A stretch of 64,000 nucleotides of DNA from Candidatus Latescibacterota bacterium (lineage in GTDB: Bacteria; Latescibacterota; UBA2968; GCA-2709665): the NCBI GenBank assembly GCA_963667175.2, contig CAXXXF010000015.1, forward strand, positions 832,001-896,000, read 5' to 3'. Positions 19,900 to 30,766 of the stretch are shown here, one piece after another (positions within the stretch are counted from its first letter, which is position 1; every line of letters starts with the position of its first letter). The position numbers and the translations under genes are program-made. Under the pieces are notes generated by a model. The model had not been told where the DNA came from and ran no database searches. It saw only the letters and a list, made by a program, of their open reading frames with translations.

Positions 19900-22332
19900 G
19901 TGAGAGCGATTCTGTCAGTCGTTTCGTGTGTGTTGGCTTTGGGCGCCAGTACGCAGATTTACGGCAAGGGTACCGTGAGGGGCACGGTGCGCGATGCCAC
20001 GAACGGTGAGACGTTGCCGTATGCCAATGTCCTGATCGACAGTCTCGGCATTGGGGTATCGGCGGACAAGTCCGGCTATTTTGTCATCGGGAATCTGCCG
20101 CCCGGGAGACACGTGATCCTGGCGAGCTTTATCGGATACACGAGCCGATCCGTCGAAATTGCGATGGCGTCGGCCGAGACCGAGAAGCTTGTGATTGAAC
20201 TCGAACCGGTGGATTTGACAATTGACGAAATAGAAGTCGTCGGAGAGCGCGTGGCTCCAACGGAGGTGACGCCGGTGAGCGCGTTCGGCACGCGCGTAAC
20301 CGAACTGGCGCGAATTCCAACCGTGGGACAGCCCGATCTGATGCGCGGCATTCAATTGCTCCCGGGGGTTCAGGCGGGGAGCGAGAATTCCGCGGGGTTG
20401 TACGTGCGCGGGGGCACGCCCGGTCAGAATCTGATACTGCTGGACGACGTGGTCGTATACAACCCGAATCACCTCTTCGGGTTCTTCAGCACCTTCAATC
20501 CCGATGCATTGAAGAACGTGACGCTGATCAAGGGGACGTTTCCCGCGCGGTATGGCGACCGGCTGTCAAGTGTGCTGGATATAACGAACCTGGACGGCAA
20601 CAGGAAATCTGTCAATGCCCGGGCATCGGTGGACCTGATCAGCGCGGGATTGACGATCGGCGGACCCGTAGGCGATCGCGGATCGTGGATGCTCTCGGGG
20701 CGGCGGACGTATGAGGAGGTTCTGAAGTCGCCGCTGTTCAGTCACCTGGTGGACGAGATGTTCAGCACCCGAATCGGGACGATTTCCGCAAGTCCGGGCG
20801 CTGGCGGCGGATCCTTCGGATTCGGCGGCAGGCAAGGCGAAGGACGGTTTGGCGGTACGCGATTCAACTTCCAACAGCAGACCGGCAGCTTCGAACAGGA
20901 CTACGGATTTTACGACTCGAACTTCAAGCTGAATCTGGACGTGTCCGAGAACGACCGTTTATCCATCAGCGGATACCTGGGCCGCGATGCCCTCGATCTC
21001 TCCCTGCCTTCGTTCCGGCAGCAGACCCGTGATCAACTCATGGATTGGGGCAATCAGATTGCCAGGATCAATTGGCAACGCATCTACACCAACAACCTGA
21101 TCGGCAACGTGCAGGTTTCGGCAAGTCGATATGTGTCGAACTTCGACGTCGCGTCCAACCGGAACGCCGATCAGACCGGGCAGGCCGGCGAGGGCCGCCC
21201 GGGGCGTGGATTCGGGTTGAATCGCAACAACGAACTGAACGACCTGACGGTCAAAGCCACGTTCGATCTTTATTCGGGCCCGTATCACACCACGCGTTTT
21301 GGCGGTCAGCTGACGTCCTACGATGCATTCTACAGGCAGGGAGTGGGCGATTCGGTGCGGACTGGGATTAATACCTCCTCGCTCTATCAGACGGGTTTCC
21401 TGGAGCACGTGATGCGCATGGGCCGCCTGGAATTGACCCCGGGGATTCGCGCGAGCCACTTCAATAGCGGCAGCTACACCAGGTGGTCGCCGCGTGTTGC
21501 CGGCCTGTTCCAGGTGGACGACAAAGTTGCGTTCAAGGGCGGTTGGGGCATCTACCACCAGTTCGTCAATCTGATTTCGATCGAGGCCAATACGTATGCG
21601 ACGGATATGTGGCTGCCGGTGGACGAGACCCTGACGCCCGGCAAGGCGGTCCACAGCGCGTTCGGTCTGATGTTGACGCCCAGCGACGCGTGGCAGGTCG
21701 ATCTGGAGTTTTACCACAAGGGCCTGGAGGACCTCGTGGAATTCCAGTCGCAGGTCCGCCTGGACGATTCAACCCCGCTTTCCGACCTGTTCGCGACCGG
21801 AACGGGCACGTCATTCGGCGGAGAGCTCCTGCTTCGCAAGACGGAGGGTCGGCTGAAGGGTTGGATTGGCTATACGTTGAGCAAGACGGAACACACTTAT
21901 GCCAATCTGAACCGGGGCGAACCGTTTCCGCCAAAGTACGACCGGCGTCACGACGTGTCCGTGGTGACCGACTATTACGTGGGCAAGGGCTGGAGCGTCA
22001 ATCTGAACTGGGTTTATGGAACGGGACAGGCATATACGATACCCGAGGCGCGCTACGAGGTCCGGCAGCCCACGGGCCAGACCTTCGCATACGTCCATGT
22101 TTCGGAGAAGAACGCGTACCGGCTGCCGGCCTATCATCGGATGGACCTGGGCGTCACGCGTGACCTGAACCTGGGAGGCGTGGAAGGTCAGCTGGTATTC
22201 AGCGTCTTCAACGTCTATAACCGGCGCAACGTATGGTATCGTTCGTTCGATGCGACGGAGCCGGAAGTGCTGGTCCAGGACGTGTTGTTACAGCCCATAT
22301 TGCCGAGCATCGGCCTGAAATTCAACATGTGA
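19900..22332 (+). CDS. TonB-dependent receptor with N-terminal carboxypeptidase-regulatory-like domain
   Basis: Signal peptide, GTVRDATNGETLPYANV, YVRGG, YNPNHLFGFFS, LPAYHRMD. Confidence 0.92.
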   Translation: MRAILSVVSCVLALGASTQIYGKGTVRGTVRDATNGETLPYANVLIDSLGIGVSADKSGYFVIGNLPPGRHVILASFIGYTSRSVEIAMASAETEKLVIELEPVDLTIDEIEVVGERVAPTEVTPVSAFGTRVTELARIPTVGQPDLMRGIQLLPGVQAGSENSAGLYVRGGTPGQNLILLDDVVVYNPNHLFGFFSTFNPDALKNVTLIKGTFPARYGDRLSSVLDITNLDGNRKSVNARASVDLISAGLTIGGPVGDRGSWMLSGRRTYEEVLKSPLFSHLVDEMFSTRIGTISASPGAGGGSFGFGGRQGEGRFGGTRFNFQQQTGSFEQDYGFYDSNFKLNLDVSENDRLSISGYLGRDALDLSLPSFRQQTRDQLMDWGNQIARINWQRIYTNNLIGNVQVSASRYVSNFDVASNRNADQTGQAGEGRPGRGFGLNRNNELNDLTVKATFDLYSGPYHTTRFGGQLTSYDAFYRQGVGDSVRTGINTSSLYQTGFLEHVMRMGRLELTPGIRASHFNSGSYTRWSPRVAGLFQVDDKVAFKGGWGIYHQFVNLISIEANTYATDMWLPVDETLTPGKAVHSAFGLMLTPSDAWQVDLEFYHKGLEDLVEFQSQVRLDDSTPLSDLFATGTGTSFGGELLLRKTEGRLKGWIGYTLSKTEHTYANLNRGEPFPPKYDRRHDVSVVTDYYVGKGWSVNLNWVYGTGQAYTIPEARYEVRQPTGQTFAYVHVSEKNAYRLPAYHRMDLGVTRDLNLGGVEGQLVFSVFNVYNRRNVWYRSFDATEPEVLVQDVLLQPILPSIGLKFNM

Positions 22333-22355
22333 GACTGCCGGCGGAGGAACCAATA

Positions 22356-23192
22356 ATGTGCAAATTGCGATTGATTCTGTGTCTGGTTATCGGCCTTGGA
22401 TCCGGCGCGTGCAGTACGGCGCCGACAGAGTCGCTGGGGGACTTCAGAGAGACGATCCTCATCGAGGGTTTTCTTCGAGCGGGAACGAACGTATCGGGCT
22501 TATTCGTGGGTACGACCATGCCGCTTTCGAGCGAATACGATCGTGACGCCAGCGCGGTTTCGGATGCGAACGTAGCGATCACGGTAGACGGCGTAACGCA
22601 TTCGCTGGCATCCGTGCCTGACAAGCCCGGCACGTACCACCACCCCGACCTGGTTGTTCAGTTCGGCAAGACGTATCATCTGTCGGTCACAACGGGATTG
22701 GGGACGGCGACCGCGCAGACGACGGTGCCGTTCCCGCCTCAGGCGTCTGGGGCGCCCGTGTTGTATGCAGGCGGTGATCCGTATCGCGTGACGTGGGAAG
22801 GCGAGACAAACGGAGGCTACGTCACTTCCAGGCAGGTGTTGGAGCTATTGGAGCAAATTCCGCCGGAGAGCCAGTTCGGCGGGGGAAGGTTCGGCGGCGG
22901 CTTCGGGGGCGCGGTCGACACCACCGGATTCGGTGCGCTGCGTGACAGTATCGCGCGCGCCGACCAGTGGCGGTTCCTGCAGGGGCAGTCTCAGACCCTG
23001 AATCCCATTCAGTTTTCGTACTATGGGACCTACGCGTTACTCGTCTATTCCCTCGACGAGAACTACGGGGATTTCCTGATCTCGAGCCAGCAGGACGAAG
23101 CCGCCCTGGACGAGCCCCGCTTTCACGTGGAGGGCGGGATCGGGCTGTTCGCCTCCATGGCCGCGGATTCCGTCCTGTTTCGGGTCGAGTGA
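22356..23192 (+). CDS. DUF4249-like lipoprotein partner of the TonB receptor
   Basis: Lipobox-like GSGAC; IEGFL and C-terminal VEGGIGLFAS; follows the receptor. Confidence 0.75.
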   Translation: MCKLRLILCLVIGLGSGACSTAPTESLGDFRETILIEGFLRAGTNVSGLFVGTTMPLSSEYDRDASAVSDANVAITVDGVTHSLASVPDKPGTYHHPDLVVQFGKTYHLSVTTGLGTATAQTTVPFPPQASGAPVLYAGGDPYRVTWEGETNGGYVTSRQVLELLEQIPPESQFGGGRFGGGFGGAVDTTGFGALRDSIARADQWRFLQGQSQTLNPIQFSYYGTYALLVYSLDENYGDFLISSQQDEAALDEPRFHVEGGIGLFASMAADSVLFRVE

Positions 23193-23271
23193 TCCGGCGA
23201 TTTCCGAATTGGCGTCTCCTGCAGAACAATGCGGGAACGGGACCGATTCAGGCGCAGAACGATCCGCCCGC

Positions 23272-23300
23272 TTGACAGCGAAAGCCGATCCGGCTATATT
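23272..23300 (+). promoter_or_regulatory. sigma70 promoter (near copy of the ssrA promoter)
   Basis: TTGACA-17 bp-TATATT. Confidence 0.7.
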
Positions 23301-23396
23301 TCGAACAGTTGGGCGACACCATCCGCCGCAACCTTGAATTCGAAATCATATATTCCCTCTCCCATTCAGTATTGGTGTTGTTGAAAAGGATACAGG

Positions 23397-23609
23397 ATGA
23401 ACGAAGTGGAAACCAGAGTTACGGATCTTGACAGTCGCCAGGCCAGACTCGAAGGCGTCATCGAACAGGTCAATGAGCGCCTGAACAGCATTGACAGGCG
23501 TTTGGATGGACAGCAACAATGGTTGCGATGGATTGTCGGGATCCAGATCACGTCCTTCGTTACACTGGGCAGTCTTATCATTACCGTGGTTTTGAAACTC
23601 TATTCATGA
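23397..23609 (+). CDS. Small coiled-coil protein with C-terminal TM helix
   Basis: AAAGGA RBS, heptad pattern, LRWIVGIQIT hydrophobic tail. Confidence 0.7.
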   Translation: MNEVETRVTDLDSRQARLEGVIEQVNERLNSIDRRLDGQQQWLRWIVGIQITSFVTLGSLIITVVLKLYS

Positions 23610-23779
23610 CCGTTCCCCAAGGCTCTGGATGATTCCAGGCCCATCCTCGATTACCTCCAGAAGTTTCCCGCCATACAGTTTTCCGCAGTCCGTTTTCCTG
23701 CACGCTTCCAGATTGAAGCTTCAGGACGGTTCTCCATCCCTGTCTTTGCCCACTGTATAGCCTGGAAACTTCGCCCCGC

Positions 23780-23808
23780 TTGACAGGGAAGGCCGATAAG
23801 GCTATATT
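23780..23808 (+). promoter_or_regulatory. ssrA promoter
   Basis: TTGACA-17 bp-TATATT about 40 bp upstream of the mature tmRNA. Confidence 0.8.
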
Positions 23809-23848
23809 TCAGCGGCTCGGGCGGCCAGGCGAATCGGGCTCAATGTGT

Positions 23849-24208
23849 GGGGGCGACCTGGATTCGACGGGGGTGGAGAGGCGATGGCTGCGTGTCGAGG
23901 TCCCATAACCTCGTTAAACCGTGGGAAAATCATATAATTGCGGACGATACGTACGCAATGGCTGCGTAACGAAAACGCGGCCCGTTCCGACGAGCCTCGC
24001 CCGCAGGGGTCGACCGGAGCGCCGACTTATGCGGGCTGGCTCGCGGACCCCCGTTCGAGGGTGCGAGAGCGAGAGCTGTTCGAGCTGGCGTGCCGGCAAC
24101 CCCGTTTACCGGGGCGCCGTCGCGTGAGATTCAAAAGGTAAACTACACACGTAGACGCTGTCGGTGATCTGCTTTCGGACGCGGGTTCGATTCCCGCCGC
24201 CTCCACCA
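23849..24208 (+). ncRNA. ssrA: tmRNA; tag reading frame 23940-23969 encodes ADDTYAMAA
   Basis: 5' GGGGGCG pairs with CGCCTCC-ACCA including the G3.U wobble; GGATTCGAC; T-arm GCGGGTTCGATTCCCGC; tag ends in AA-stop. Confidence 0.97.
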
Positions 24209-24241
24209 ATTATCCCACGGCTTGTATTCCATACATATAGA

Positions 24242-24350
24242 CGAACTCAGGGCCGGGCGAAGTCCGTCGCGTCTATTCGCGATTGACGTCACCCGGCCCT
24301 GACGCGTTCGGAACGCCTGGCGCGGGTTCGCTTTGCTCAGCCGCAACGAA
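24242..24350 (+). repeat. Hairpin direct repeat, copy 1
   Basis: TCAGGGCCGGG..CCCGGCCCTGA stem; close match to 35885-36002. Confidence 0.85.
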
Positions 24351-24384
24351 GCTTGCAATCGAATGGTTGAGGTTCGCTCCTTAC

Positions 24385-24463
24385 CAGCCCGTTGGAAAAG
24401 TCCATCCGGGCTGCCTGCCTGTGCGTGTCCGCCTGCCTGCCGAGCGACTTTTTCAACGGACTG
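24385..24463. mobile_element. MITE-like element with terminal inverted repeats
   Basis: CAGCCCGTTGGAAAAG..CTTTTTCAACGGACTG; homologous to 30767-30868. Confidence 0.65.
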
Positions 24464-24502
24464 TTACGTCAGGGAATGCGCCCGGCTGGATGACGCAAAG
24501 GG

Positions 24503-25276
24503 TCATGCCTGTTCCCCCCTGGACCTACGCCGGTACGTGCGCAATTTCACGTAGGCGGGACGGATGACGAAACCCGTTATCGCCAGTGCCAGGACGGCGA
24601 TGCTCAGCGCGTCCACGTAGATCCACTCACCCTCGGGGCCGAAGAGGGCTTTGCCGGTGTGCAGGTCCAGAACCAACTTGCTGAAGCTGACGACCTCGGG
24701 AAGGGGGACTTCGACCATGGTTGCGTTCACGGCGGTCAGTTCCGTCCAGGTCGCGCCCAGATCCGCGGTGACGAAGAGGCCGTTGCTGCCCTGTATGTGG
24801 ACGATGCGACCATCTTCTGCAAAGGTTGCCGCCCCTCTGAAGTTGGAAATGCGCTTCCACTGCTCCGCCTCGAAGAGCCAGGTGCTTTCCCGCGTGCCGA
24901 CCAGGATGCGCTCTCCCTGTTGGTCGATGTTGAAGACGTCCAGGCCCTCCAATTGCGGAACGCTGCGGGTTTCGCTCCCACTCAGATGAAGCAACCCCTT
25001 GCGCGTCCCGATGTACACCTCCTCATTGCCCGAAAGCAGGGCGCACTTGATCTGTCCCAGGCGACTGGCGGTGGTGTGGTAGCCGGGAAACCACCGGCTG
25101 GGCACTCCGACGCTGCCCAGGCCCCAGCCACTGAGATGCTCCAGCAGGATCGCGGTCACGCACACGAGCACCGTGAAGACCAGTGCGAAGATGGAGGTCC
25201 AGGCATGCCAGCGGCGAACGCCTTTCTTGTAGCGTCCCTTCACTTGTCGGCGGCCCCGGGCCGTGCTCTCGTTCAT
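24503..25276 (-). CDS. PepSY-associated TM helix protein
   Basis: RRWHAWTS..VTAILLEH and LDLHTG..LAITG; GAGGAG RBS. Confidence 0.8.
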   Translation of the reverse strand: MNESTARGRRQVKGRYKKGVRRWHAWTSIFALVFTVLVCVTAILLEHLSGWGLGSVGVPSRWFPGYHTTASRLGQIKCALLSGNEEVYIGTRKGLLHLSGSETRSVPQLEGLDVFNIDQQGERILVGTRESTWLFEAEQWKRISNFRGAATFAEDGRIVHIQGSNGLFVTADLGATWTELTAVNATMVEVPLPEVVSFSKLVLDLHTGKALFGPEGEWIYVDALSIAVLALAITGFVIRPAYVKLRTYRRRSRGEQA

Positions 25277-25302
25277 CGCTTTTTTCTCCTCAAAGGACGC
25301 AT

Positions 25303-27609
25303 TCACAGGCTATAGCCGAGTGACAGCAGAAAGTTCCTGGGCGTTCCCGGCATGATCCGGTCACGACGCCATGCGTTCTGGTAGTACCCCACGTCGGTGA
25401 GGTTTTTCACGCTCAGATCCACTCTCAGGGTCTGCAGCCGGTAGGTGAGGGTGGCATCGACCCGCACGTAATCGTCAAGGAGGAAGTCATTGTTCAGATT
25501 GCCCTGGCGCTCTCCGGTATAGATCACGCCCAGTCCCACCGCCAGACCATTCGTATGGCGGTAGTTGCACCACAGACTGGCGCTGTGTACGGGCGTATTG
25601 TCGAGATGGTTGTCCTCCCACGCGGGGCGGTCGGCATCCCTTTCGATGCGCGCGTCCGCATACGCGTAGCTGGCGATAGCACGCAGTTGGGGGATCGGCT
25701 GCGCGGTCAGGTCGAGATCGAGGCCCCGGCTGCGCTGGCGCCCGATCTGAACGCGGTAAATGCGGTAGCGGGGATTGGTTTCGACGACGTTGGCGCGTGC
25801 CAGATCGTACAGCGCCAGCGTCGCGCTCAGGCGGTTGTCGGCATCGGTCCATCGTCCTCCCACCTCCAATTGCGCCGCCAACTCGGGGTCGACCGGTACG
25901 ACCATGTCCGGAGTGATCGGTGTGGCGTCGTCCTCCGGTTCATTGAGGATCTTCTCGCCCGACTTCGGCCTGAAAGAGCGGCTGTAGCTGGAGTAAAGGG
26001 AGAGACCACCACCGGGCTTGTAGACGACGCCCAGGCGCGGACTCAGACTGCCGTCACTGCGGTCGTGGGTTCTGTAGGAACCGCGCTGGTTCGTACGTTC
26101 GTCGAAATCGACCCCGTCATAGCGCAAGCCCCCCAGCAGAACCCATTGGTCGCCGAGTTCCACCAGGTCCTGCAGATACATGCCCCAACTGGTCTCTTCG
26201 CGTTCGCGGTTGCGGAAGAGGGCGAAATCCTGGGGAATGGTCAGTCCGTAGTACGGCTCCGGATCGTAGATGTCGATCTTCAGCGCGTCGGCATCCGCCG
26301 CTTCCGGCGTGCCCTCTCGATGGACCCGATCGCCAAGCACTTCACGCTCTTTGTAGAAGGAGAGCGCCACGCCCAACAACAGCGTATGCCGCAGAGGTCC
26401 CCGCTCCTGCTTGTAGCTCAGGTCGTGACGCATCGTGGTCTCGCGATAGAAGATCTCGTTGTCGTAAATGGCGCGATTGAGCAGGTTGGTGTCGCTTTCC
26501 GGATGTCCTGCGCCGCCTGGCAGGCCAACGACACCGCCCCGCATGGCTTCAACCGACATTTGCTCGCGATCCCACGTGGTCTTGTAGTGGCTGAGGGCCG
26601 ACGTGTGCGTCAGGCTGCGAGTCCAGTTCCGGGTAGCGCGCAGGGTGACCGCGCCGTTTCTCATGGTTTCCTTGTTGTAGAGCGGATCTCCGTAGAAGCG
26701 ATCGATGGGTACCGACGCAGGCTGGTCCAGGATCGCGACGATGCCGGCATCGGCCGTTCTCTCGTCGCGCAACAACTCCAGATTCAGTTCCAGGGCTGTC
26801 GATTGAGACCAGCCCCAGTAGACGGAAGGGTTGACGTACCAGCGATCCTGCTCGACGAAATCGCGGAAACTCTCCGCTGTCAATCGGGAGCCGTACAGCC
26901 TGTAAAGCACTCTTCCCTCGCTGTCGAGCGGACCGGACGCCGAAAATCGGGGGCTGACGTGGCCATAGCTGCCCGCGCTCAGGTGCAACTGGCGCGTGGA
27001 GGTTGTAGACGGCTGGGGGGTAATGGTGTTGATAATCCCCCCCGGCTCAATCGCGCCGTAGAGGATGGAGGCCGGGCCCTTGAGCACCTCCACCCGTTCG
27101 AGATTGCCCGGCTCAGCGGCAAACCGATTGTAGTACGGCACGCCATTGTGGTAGTAGTTGCGCCTGGGATCCAACCGGAAGCCGCGAATGACGAAATCTT
27201 CGGAGACTGCCGAATTCGTACCGCGACTGAAAACGCCGCTCACGTTCTTCAGGCCGTCCCAAAGGGTGGTGGCCTGCTGATCTTCGAGTACCTGTCTCTT
27301 GATCGTCAGAACGGATTGCGGTGTGTCTTCCAGCGGAATGGGAACCCCGAGAGCCGTGCCGCTGTGGGTGAAGGAATAGCCCGTATCAGGGTCGGCGGAG
27401 ACGACCAACTCAGGCAGGGTATACACCCTTGTTTCCTGCGAGGAATAGCCCGTGTCGGGTTTGGCGGAGACGACCGAGGCGGTCGCGACTGCTTCGTGTT
27501 CGGCCCAGGCGGGACTGCACAGGGGGCTGAGGATCACGGCCGCGGAAAAGGGAATGGTTCGAACTCTTGACGTGCTCAGCAACAACCAGAACTTCCGGAA
27601 CGCTTGCAT
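25303..27609 (-). CDS. TonB-dependent siderophore/metal receptor
   Basis: DTPQSV, VIRGF, ERVEVLKGPASILYG, GTPRNF; AGGAGG RBS. Confidence 0.93.
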   Translation of the reverse strand: MQAFRKFWLLLSTSRVRTIPFSAAVILSPLCSPAWAEHEAVATASVVSAKPDTGYSSQETRVYTLPELVVSADPDTGYSFTHSGTALGVPIPLEDTPQSVLTIKRQVLEDQQATTLWDGLKNVSGVFSRGTNSAVSEDFVIRGFRLDPRRNYYHNGVPYYNRFAAEPGNLERVEVLKGPASILYGAIEPGGIINTITPQPSTTSTRQLHLSAGSYGHVSPRFSASGPLDSEGRVLYRLYGSRLTAESFRDFVEQDRWYVNPSVYWGWSQSTALELNLELLRDERTADAGIVAILDQPASVPIDRFYGDPLYNKETMRNGAVTLRATRNWTRSLTHTSALSHYKTTWDREQMSVEAMRGGVVGLPGGAGHPESDTNLLNRAIYDNEIFYRETTMRHDLSYKQERGPLRHTLLLGVALSFYKEREVLGDRVHREGTPEAADADALKIDIYDPEPYYGLTIPQDFALFRNREREETSWGMYLQDLVELGDQWVLLGGLRYDGVDFDERTNQRGSYRTHDRSDGSLSPRLGVVYKPGGGLSLYSSYSRSFRPKSGEKILNEPEDDATPITPDMVVPVDPELAAQLEVGGRWTDADNRLSATLALYDLARANVVETNPRYRIYRVQIGRQRSRGLDLDLTAQPIPQLRAIASYAYADARIERDADRPAWEDNHLDNTPVHSASLWCNYRHTNGLAVGLGVIYTGERQGNLNNDFLLDDYVRVDATLTYRLQTLRVDLSVKNLTDVGYYQNAWRRDRIMPGTPRNFLLSLGYSL

Positions 27610-27646
27610 TTCTCCTCCTGTCGTGTGCGCGTATGCGCATGGGTTA

Positions 27647-27668
27647 TGATAATGAGCACTCATTATCA
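27647..27668. promoter_or_regulatory. Fur-family operator
   Basis: Palindrome TGATAATGAG-CA-CTCATTATCA upstream of the receptor. Confidence 0.8.
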
Positions 27669-27828
27669 ATTAGAAATAGAATTCACGATCACATCCGTAC
27701 CCTTCTTTCCATGATCGAGGGCACAGGATCACAAAGACAAGCGGATGTTCGGTCTCGCGGCCGACCGACCGTCCTGGCGGCCACCGGACATGGCAGGAGC
27801 GCACCCACCGGAAAGCCCGCTTCTAAAC

Positions 27829-27861
27829 GATAATGATAATTCATTATCACTAAATAGGCAA
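27829..27861 (-). promoter_or_regulatory. Promoter overlapped by a Fur-family operator
   Basis: GATAATGATAATTCATTATC; minus strand TTGCCT-17 bp-TATCAT. Confidence 0.75.
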
Positions 27862-27956
27862 GCGAAAATATCTGGAATACCGGCTGTGCGCAGCCCTTCG
27901 GGAAGAAGCGATTCTCAGCTATCGCGTCTTTCACCTGGAGGCCCCGTGGACCGGCG

Positions 27957-28982
27957 TCAGGCCGCCGGCTGGACCTCGAAGATGACCACCTTGCCATCTC
28001 GCTGTCCAACCGCCAGCTTGCCCCCACTGCGCCACCGCAAGCAACTTGCAGGTGATGAAAGCAGAAGCCCGCCAATGACCTTGTTGTGCTCCATGGGGTC
28101 CCACAAAAAGAGCGATCCATCCGCATCTGCCGATGCCAGCAACTTCCCATCGGGCTGAAAGACCAGCTGAGTCAGCTTGCTGGAATGCGCGTCGTACTGA
28201 CGTGGTTTCCGGCCCGCCGGCCCTTTCCCGCTGCAATCCCACAGACAAACCGATTCGCCGCCGCCGGTTGCCAGCCATCGCCCGCTGGAATCCCAACTCA
28301 ACTCGAGCACCTTGGTGGGGAAGCCCCACATCTGCGCGTCGTCGCCGGACTTCACATGCCAGAAATGGACCGTGGAATCCTGTTCCCCGGTTGCCATGTA
28401 CTTCGCGTCGGGACTCCATGCCAGGACAAGGCTCGAACCCTTCCAGGTGTACTTCCGCGGCCGACGCTGCCTGCCGGGCACATGCAGGGTGATCCCGTTG
28501 TAAGCAGCCGCGGCTACCCCGGATCCGTCAGGATTCCATCCTACGTCAGCGATTGTGCTTGCATGTTCAGAAGACTCATAGAAGGGCTCGCGTTCGTCGT
28601 TCCAAACCTTGAGATGCCGGCCGGCAGCCGTTGCCAGAACATTGCGACGAGGATTGTAAACCGCCCTGGCGACCCACGGATCGCCCGCGTGCAACTCGCG
28701 TAGAAGCCGCCCCGATTTCGCGTCCCAGGATTTCACCATCCCGTCGTGCCCGGCCGTGGCGAACTCCGTCCCGTCGGGACGCCAGGACAGCGAATTCGCG
28801 CCCCCGGCATGGTGGCCAAGGAGCCTGGGTTGTGCCGAATCGCCGTGGTCTTCGATCAGGGACACCGAACCTTCCACCGTCACCGCGGCCAGCCTGGACG
28901 CATCGGGAGACCAGGCGATATCGATGATATAGTCGTCCAACGCGACACACCAGGATTCCGCGAGCAGTCCCTCGTTCAGCAT
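27957..28982 (-). CDS. WD40 repeat protein
   Basis: Repeated WSPD/WRPDG..LATAG.DG.V..WD units; directly downstream of the COG0523 gene. Confidence 0.88.
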   Translation of the reverse strand: MLNEGLLAESWCVALDDYIIDIAWSPDASRLAAVTVEGSVSLIEDHGDSAQPRLLGHHAGGANSLSWRPDGTEFATAGHDGMVKSWDAKSGRLLRELHAGDPWVARAVYNPRRNVLATAAGRHLKVWNDEREPFYESSEHASTIADVGWNPDGSGVAAAAYNGITLHVPGRQRRPRKYTWKGSSLVLAWSPDAKYMATGEQDSTVHFWHVKSGDDAQMWGFPTKVLELSWDSSGRWLATGGGESVCLWDCSGKGPAGRKPRQYDAHSSKLTQLVFQPDGKLLASADADGSLFLWDPMEHNKVIGGLLLSSPASCLRWRSGGKLAVGQRDGKVVIFEVQPAA

Positions 28983-28990
28983 AGAGAGAT

Positions 28991-30334
28991 CTACGCCAAG
29001 CATGCGCTGAACCCTGCATTGAGTGCCTCGCGATCCAGATTGCGACCGATAAAGATCAGCGAGTTGCTTCGCTCCCCCTCGCGCCACGGTCGATCCACGC
29101 GACCGTCGAACAGCATGTGAACGCCCTGGAACACATACCGTTTCTCTTCGCCGCCAAACGCCAATACGCCTTTCATGCGGAAGATGTCCGGACCCTGGTT
29201 GGCAAGCAGATCTTGTAACCAGCCTTCAAACTTCTTGAGATCCAGATCGCCTGGCGTGTTGATTGCCACCGACGTTACGTCTTCGTCATGCTCGTGGTCC
29301 GGCTTGTATTCGCGCGTGAACAGAGCTTCGACGCGATCGCCTTCTCCGTCGCTAACGAAAGCTTCGAACTCATCAGGATGATGCTCGGTGAATAGCGTGT
29401 AGGCGCCCGCCACCGGGGCTCGCAACACGTAAACCAATTCGTCTCCTTCAAGATCGATTTGGCTCAACTGCTCGCCCGGTTCGATCACCGCGCCGGATTG
29501 CAGGTCGATTTCATCGTCCGAGAAAACGAGCACCGCCTCTTCGACGGTGTCACGCATGGCCGACTCGGTCGCCGCCGAAGCGGACCGAAAACTCAATTTC
29601 ATCGCTGGGTCCGGGCCGGGCTTCAGCACCAATCGATGGTCGCCCGCTGGAAGGTCGAACAGACCACTCCATTCAAACGGATACTCGGGTTCCATGAATT
29701 TCGGATCGACGTCGAGAGCCCGATCCAGATCAAAACCACCGAGATTGAGCACCCTGTCCATGTCGATCGCTGCGTCGCGGGTGCGAAAAATCCTGGCCGC
29801 CGCGTTCATCGAGTGAATTCGGGATTCCAGTTGGTCAAGCTCGGCGGATGAAACCAGATCGACTTTGTTCAGTAGAATCACATCGGCGAACGCGATCTGC
29901 TCCCTCACTTCGTCGCTGTCGTCGATATGCAAGAGCACATGCTTGGAATCGACCAACGTAACGACGCCATCGAGGCTCAGTGCCTCGCGGAGCTCGTCAT
30001 CCATGAAGAACGTCTGCGCGACCGGCCCCGGATCAGCCATCCCGGTCGTCTCAATCATGATGTGGTCAAACCTGTCCCGACGTTTCATCAAATTGCCGAG
30101 GATGCGAATCAAGTCTCCCCGGACGGTGCAACAGATGCAGCCGTTGTTCATTTCGAAGATCTCTTCTTCAGCTCCGATCACCAGGTCGTTATCGACGCCA
30201 ATCTCACCGAATTCGTTTTCGATCACGGCAATTCGTTTGCCGTGGTTTTCGGATAGAATTCGATTGAGCAAGGTGGTCTTGCCGGATCCCAGGAATCCGG
30301 TGAGTACGGTTACGGGAACAGTCTCTTCCGTCAT
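28991..30334 (-). CDS. COG0523/CobW-family metallochaperone GTPase
   Basis: [33 protein letters not shown], CobW_C FRMKG..FQGVH. Confidence 0.95.
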   Translation of the reverse strand: MTEETVPVTVLTGFLGSGKTTLLNRILSENHGKRIAVIENEFGEIGVDNDLVIGAEEEIFEMNNGCICCTVRGDLIRILGNLMKRRDRFDHIMIETTGMADPGPVAQTFFMDDELREALSLDGVVTLVDSKHVLLHIDDSDEVREQIAFADVILLNKVDLVSSAELDQLESRIHSMNAAARIFRTRDAAIDMDRVLNLGGFDLDRALDVDPKFMEPEYPFEWSGLFDLPAGDHRLVLKPGPDPAMKLSFRSASAATESAMRDTVEEAVLVFSDDEIDLQSGAVIEPGEQLSQIDLEGDELVYVLRAPVAGAYTLFTEHHPDEFEAFVSDGEGDRVEALFTREYKPDHEHDEDVTSVAINTPGDLDLKKFEGWLQDLLANQGPDIFRMKGVLAFGGEEKRYVFQGVHMLFDGRVDRPWREGERSNSLIFIGRNLDREALNAGFSACLA

Positions 30335-30362
30335 TGTCTTTTCCTCCTCTGGTACTGGATGA

Positions 30363-30737
30363 CTATGAGCTGCAATTGCGGCATTGTCCATAGAGCGTGA
30401 TCTCGTGCCCTTCGACCTCGAAGCCCGGCGGCGCCAGTTTCTCGATACCCCCCGGACACCCGCTGATATCGAACGCTTCCTCGCACTCACGACAGAGAAA
30501 ATGGTGATGATGACTCCGGTTGGTCAGCTCGTAACGCGCGTCATTGACCCCCAGTTCCACGACCCGCACTTCACCGGCCTCTTGCAGGCGCCTGAGCTGC
30601 CGATAAACCGTCGCAATGCCCAGCGTCGGCACGATGCGGGATGCCAGGTCGAGGATTTCCCGGGGCCTGAGCGGGCCGGGGGCGTCGCGAACAACCCTCA
30701 CTATGGCGCTGCGTTGGCTGGTGCGTCTGTTGCTCAT
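30363..30737 (-). CDS. Fur-family transcriptional regulator
   Basis: [22 protein letters not shown]-terminal CRNC. Confidence 0.92.
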   Translation of the reverse strand: MSNRRTSQRSAIVRVVRDAPGPLRPREILDLASRIVPTLGIATVYRQLRRLQEAGEVRVVELGVNDARYELTNRSHHHHFLCRECEEAFDISGCPGGIEKLAPPGFEVEGHEITLYGQCRNCSS

Positions 30738-30766
30738 GAGGAACCCTCCTGACAGCGGCGGCCGAT

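Noticed and set aside
23914-24358. Short ORFs on both strands over ssrA
   Set aside because: They overlap the tmRNA; only the tag frame is meaningful
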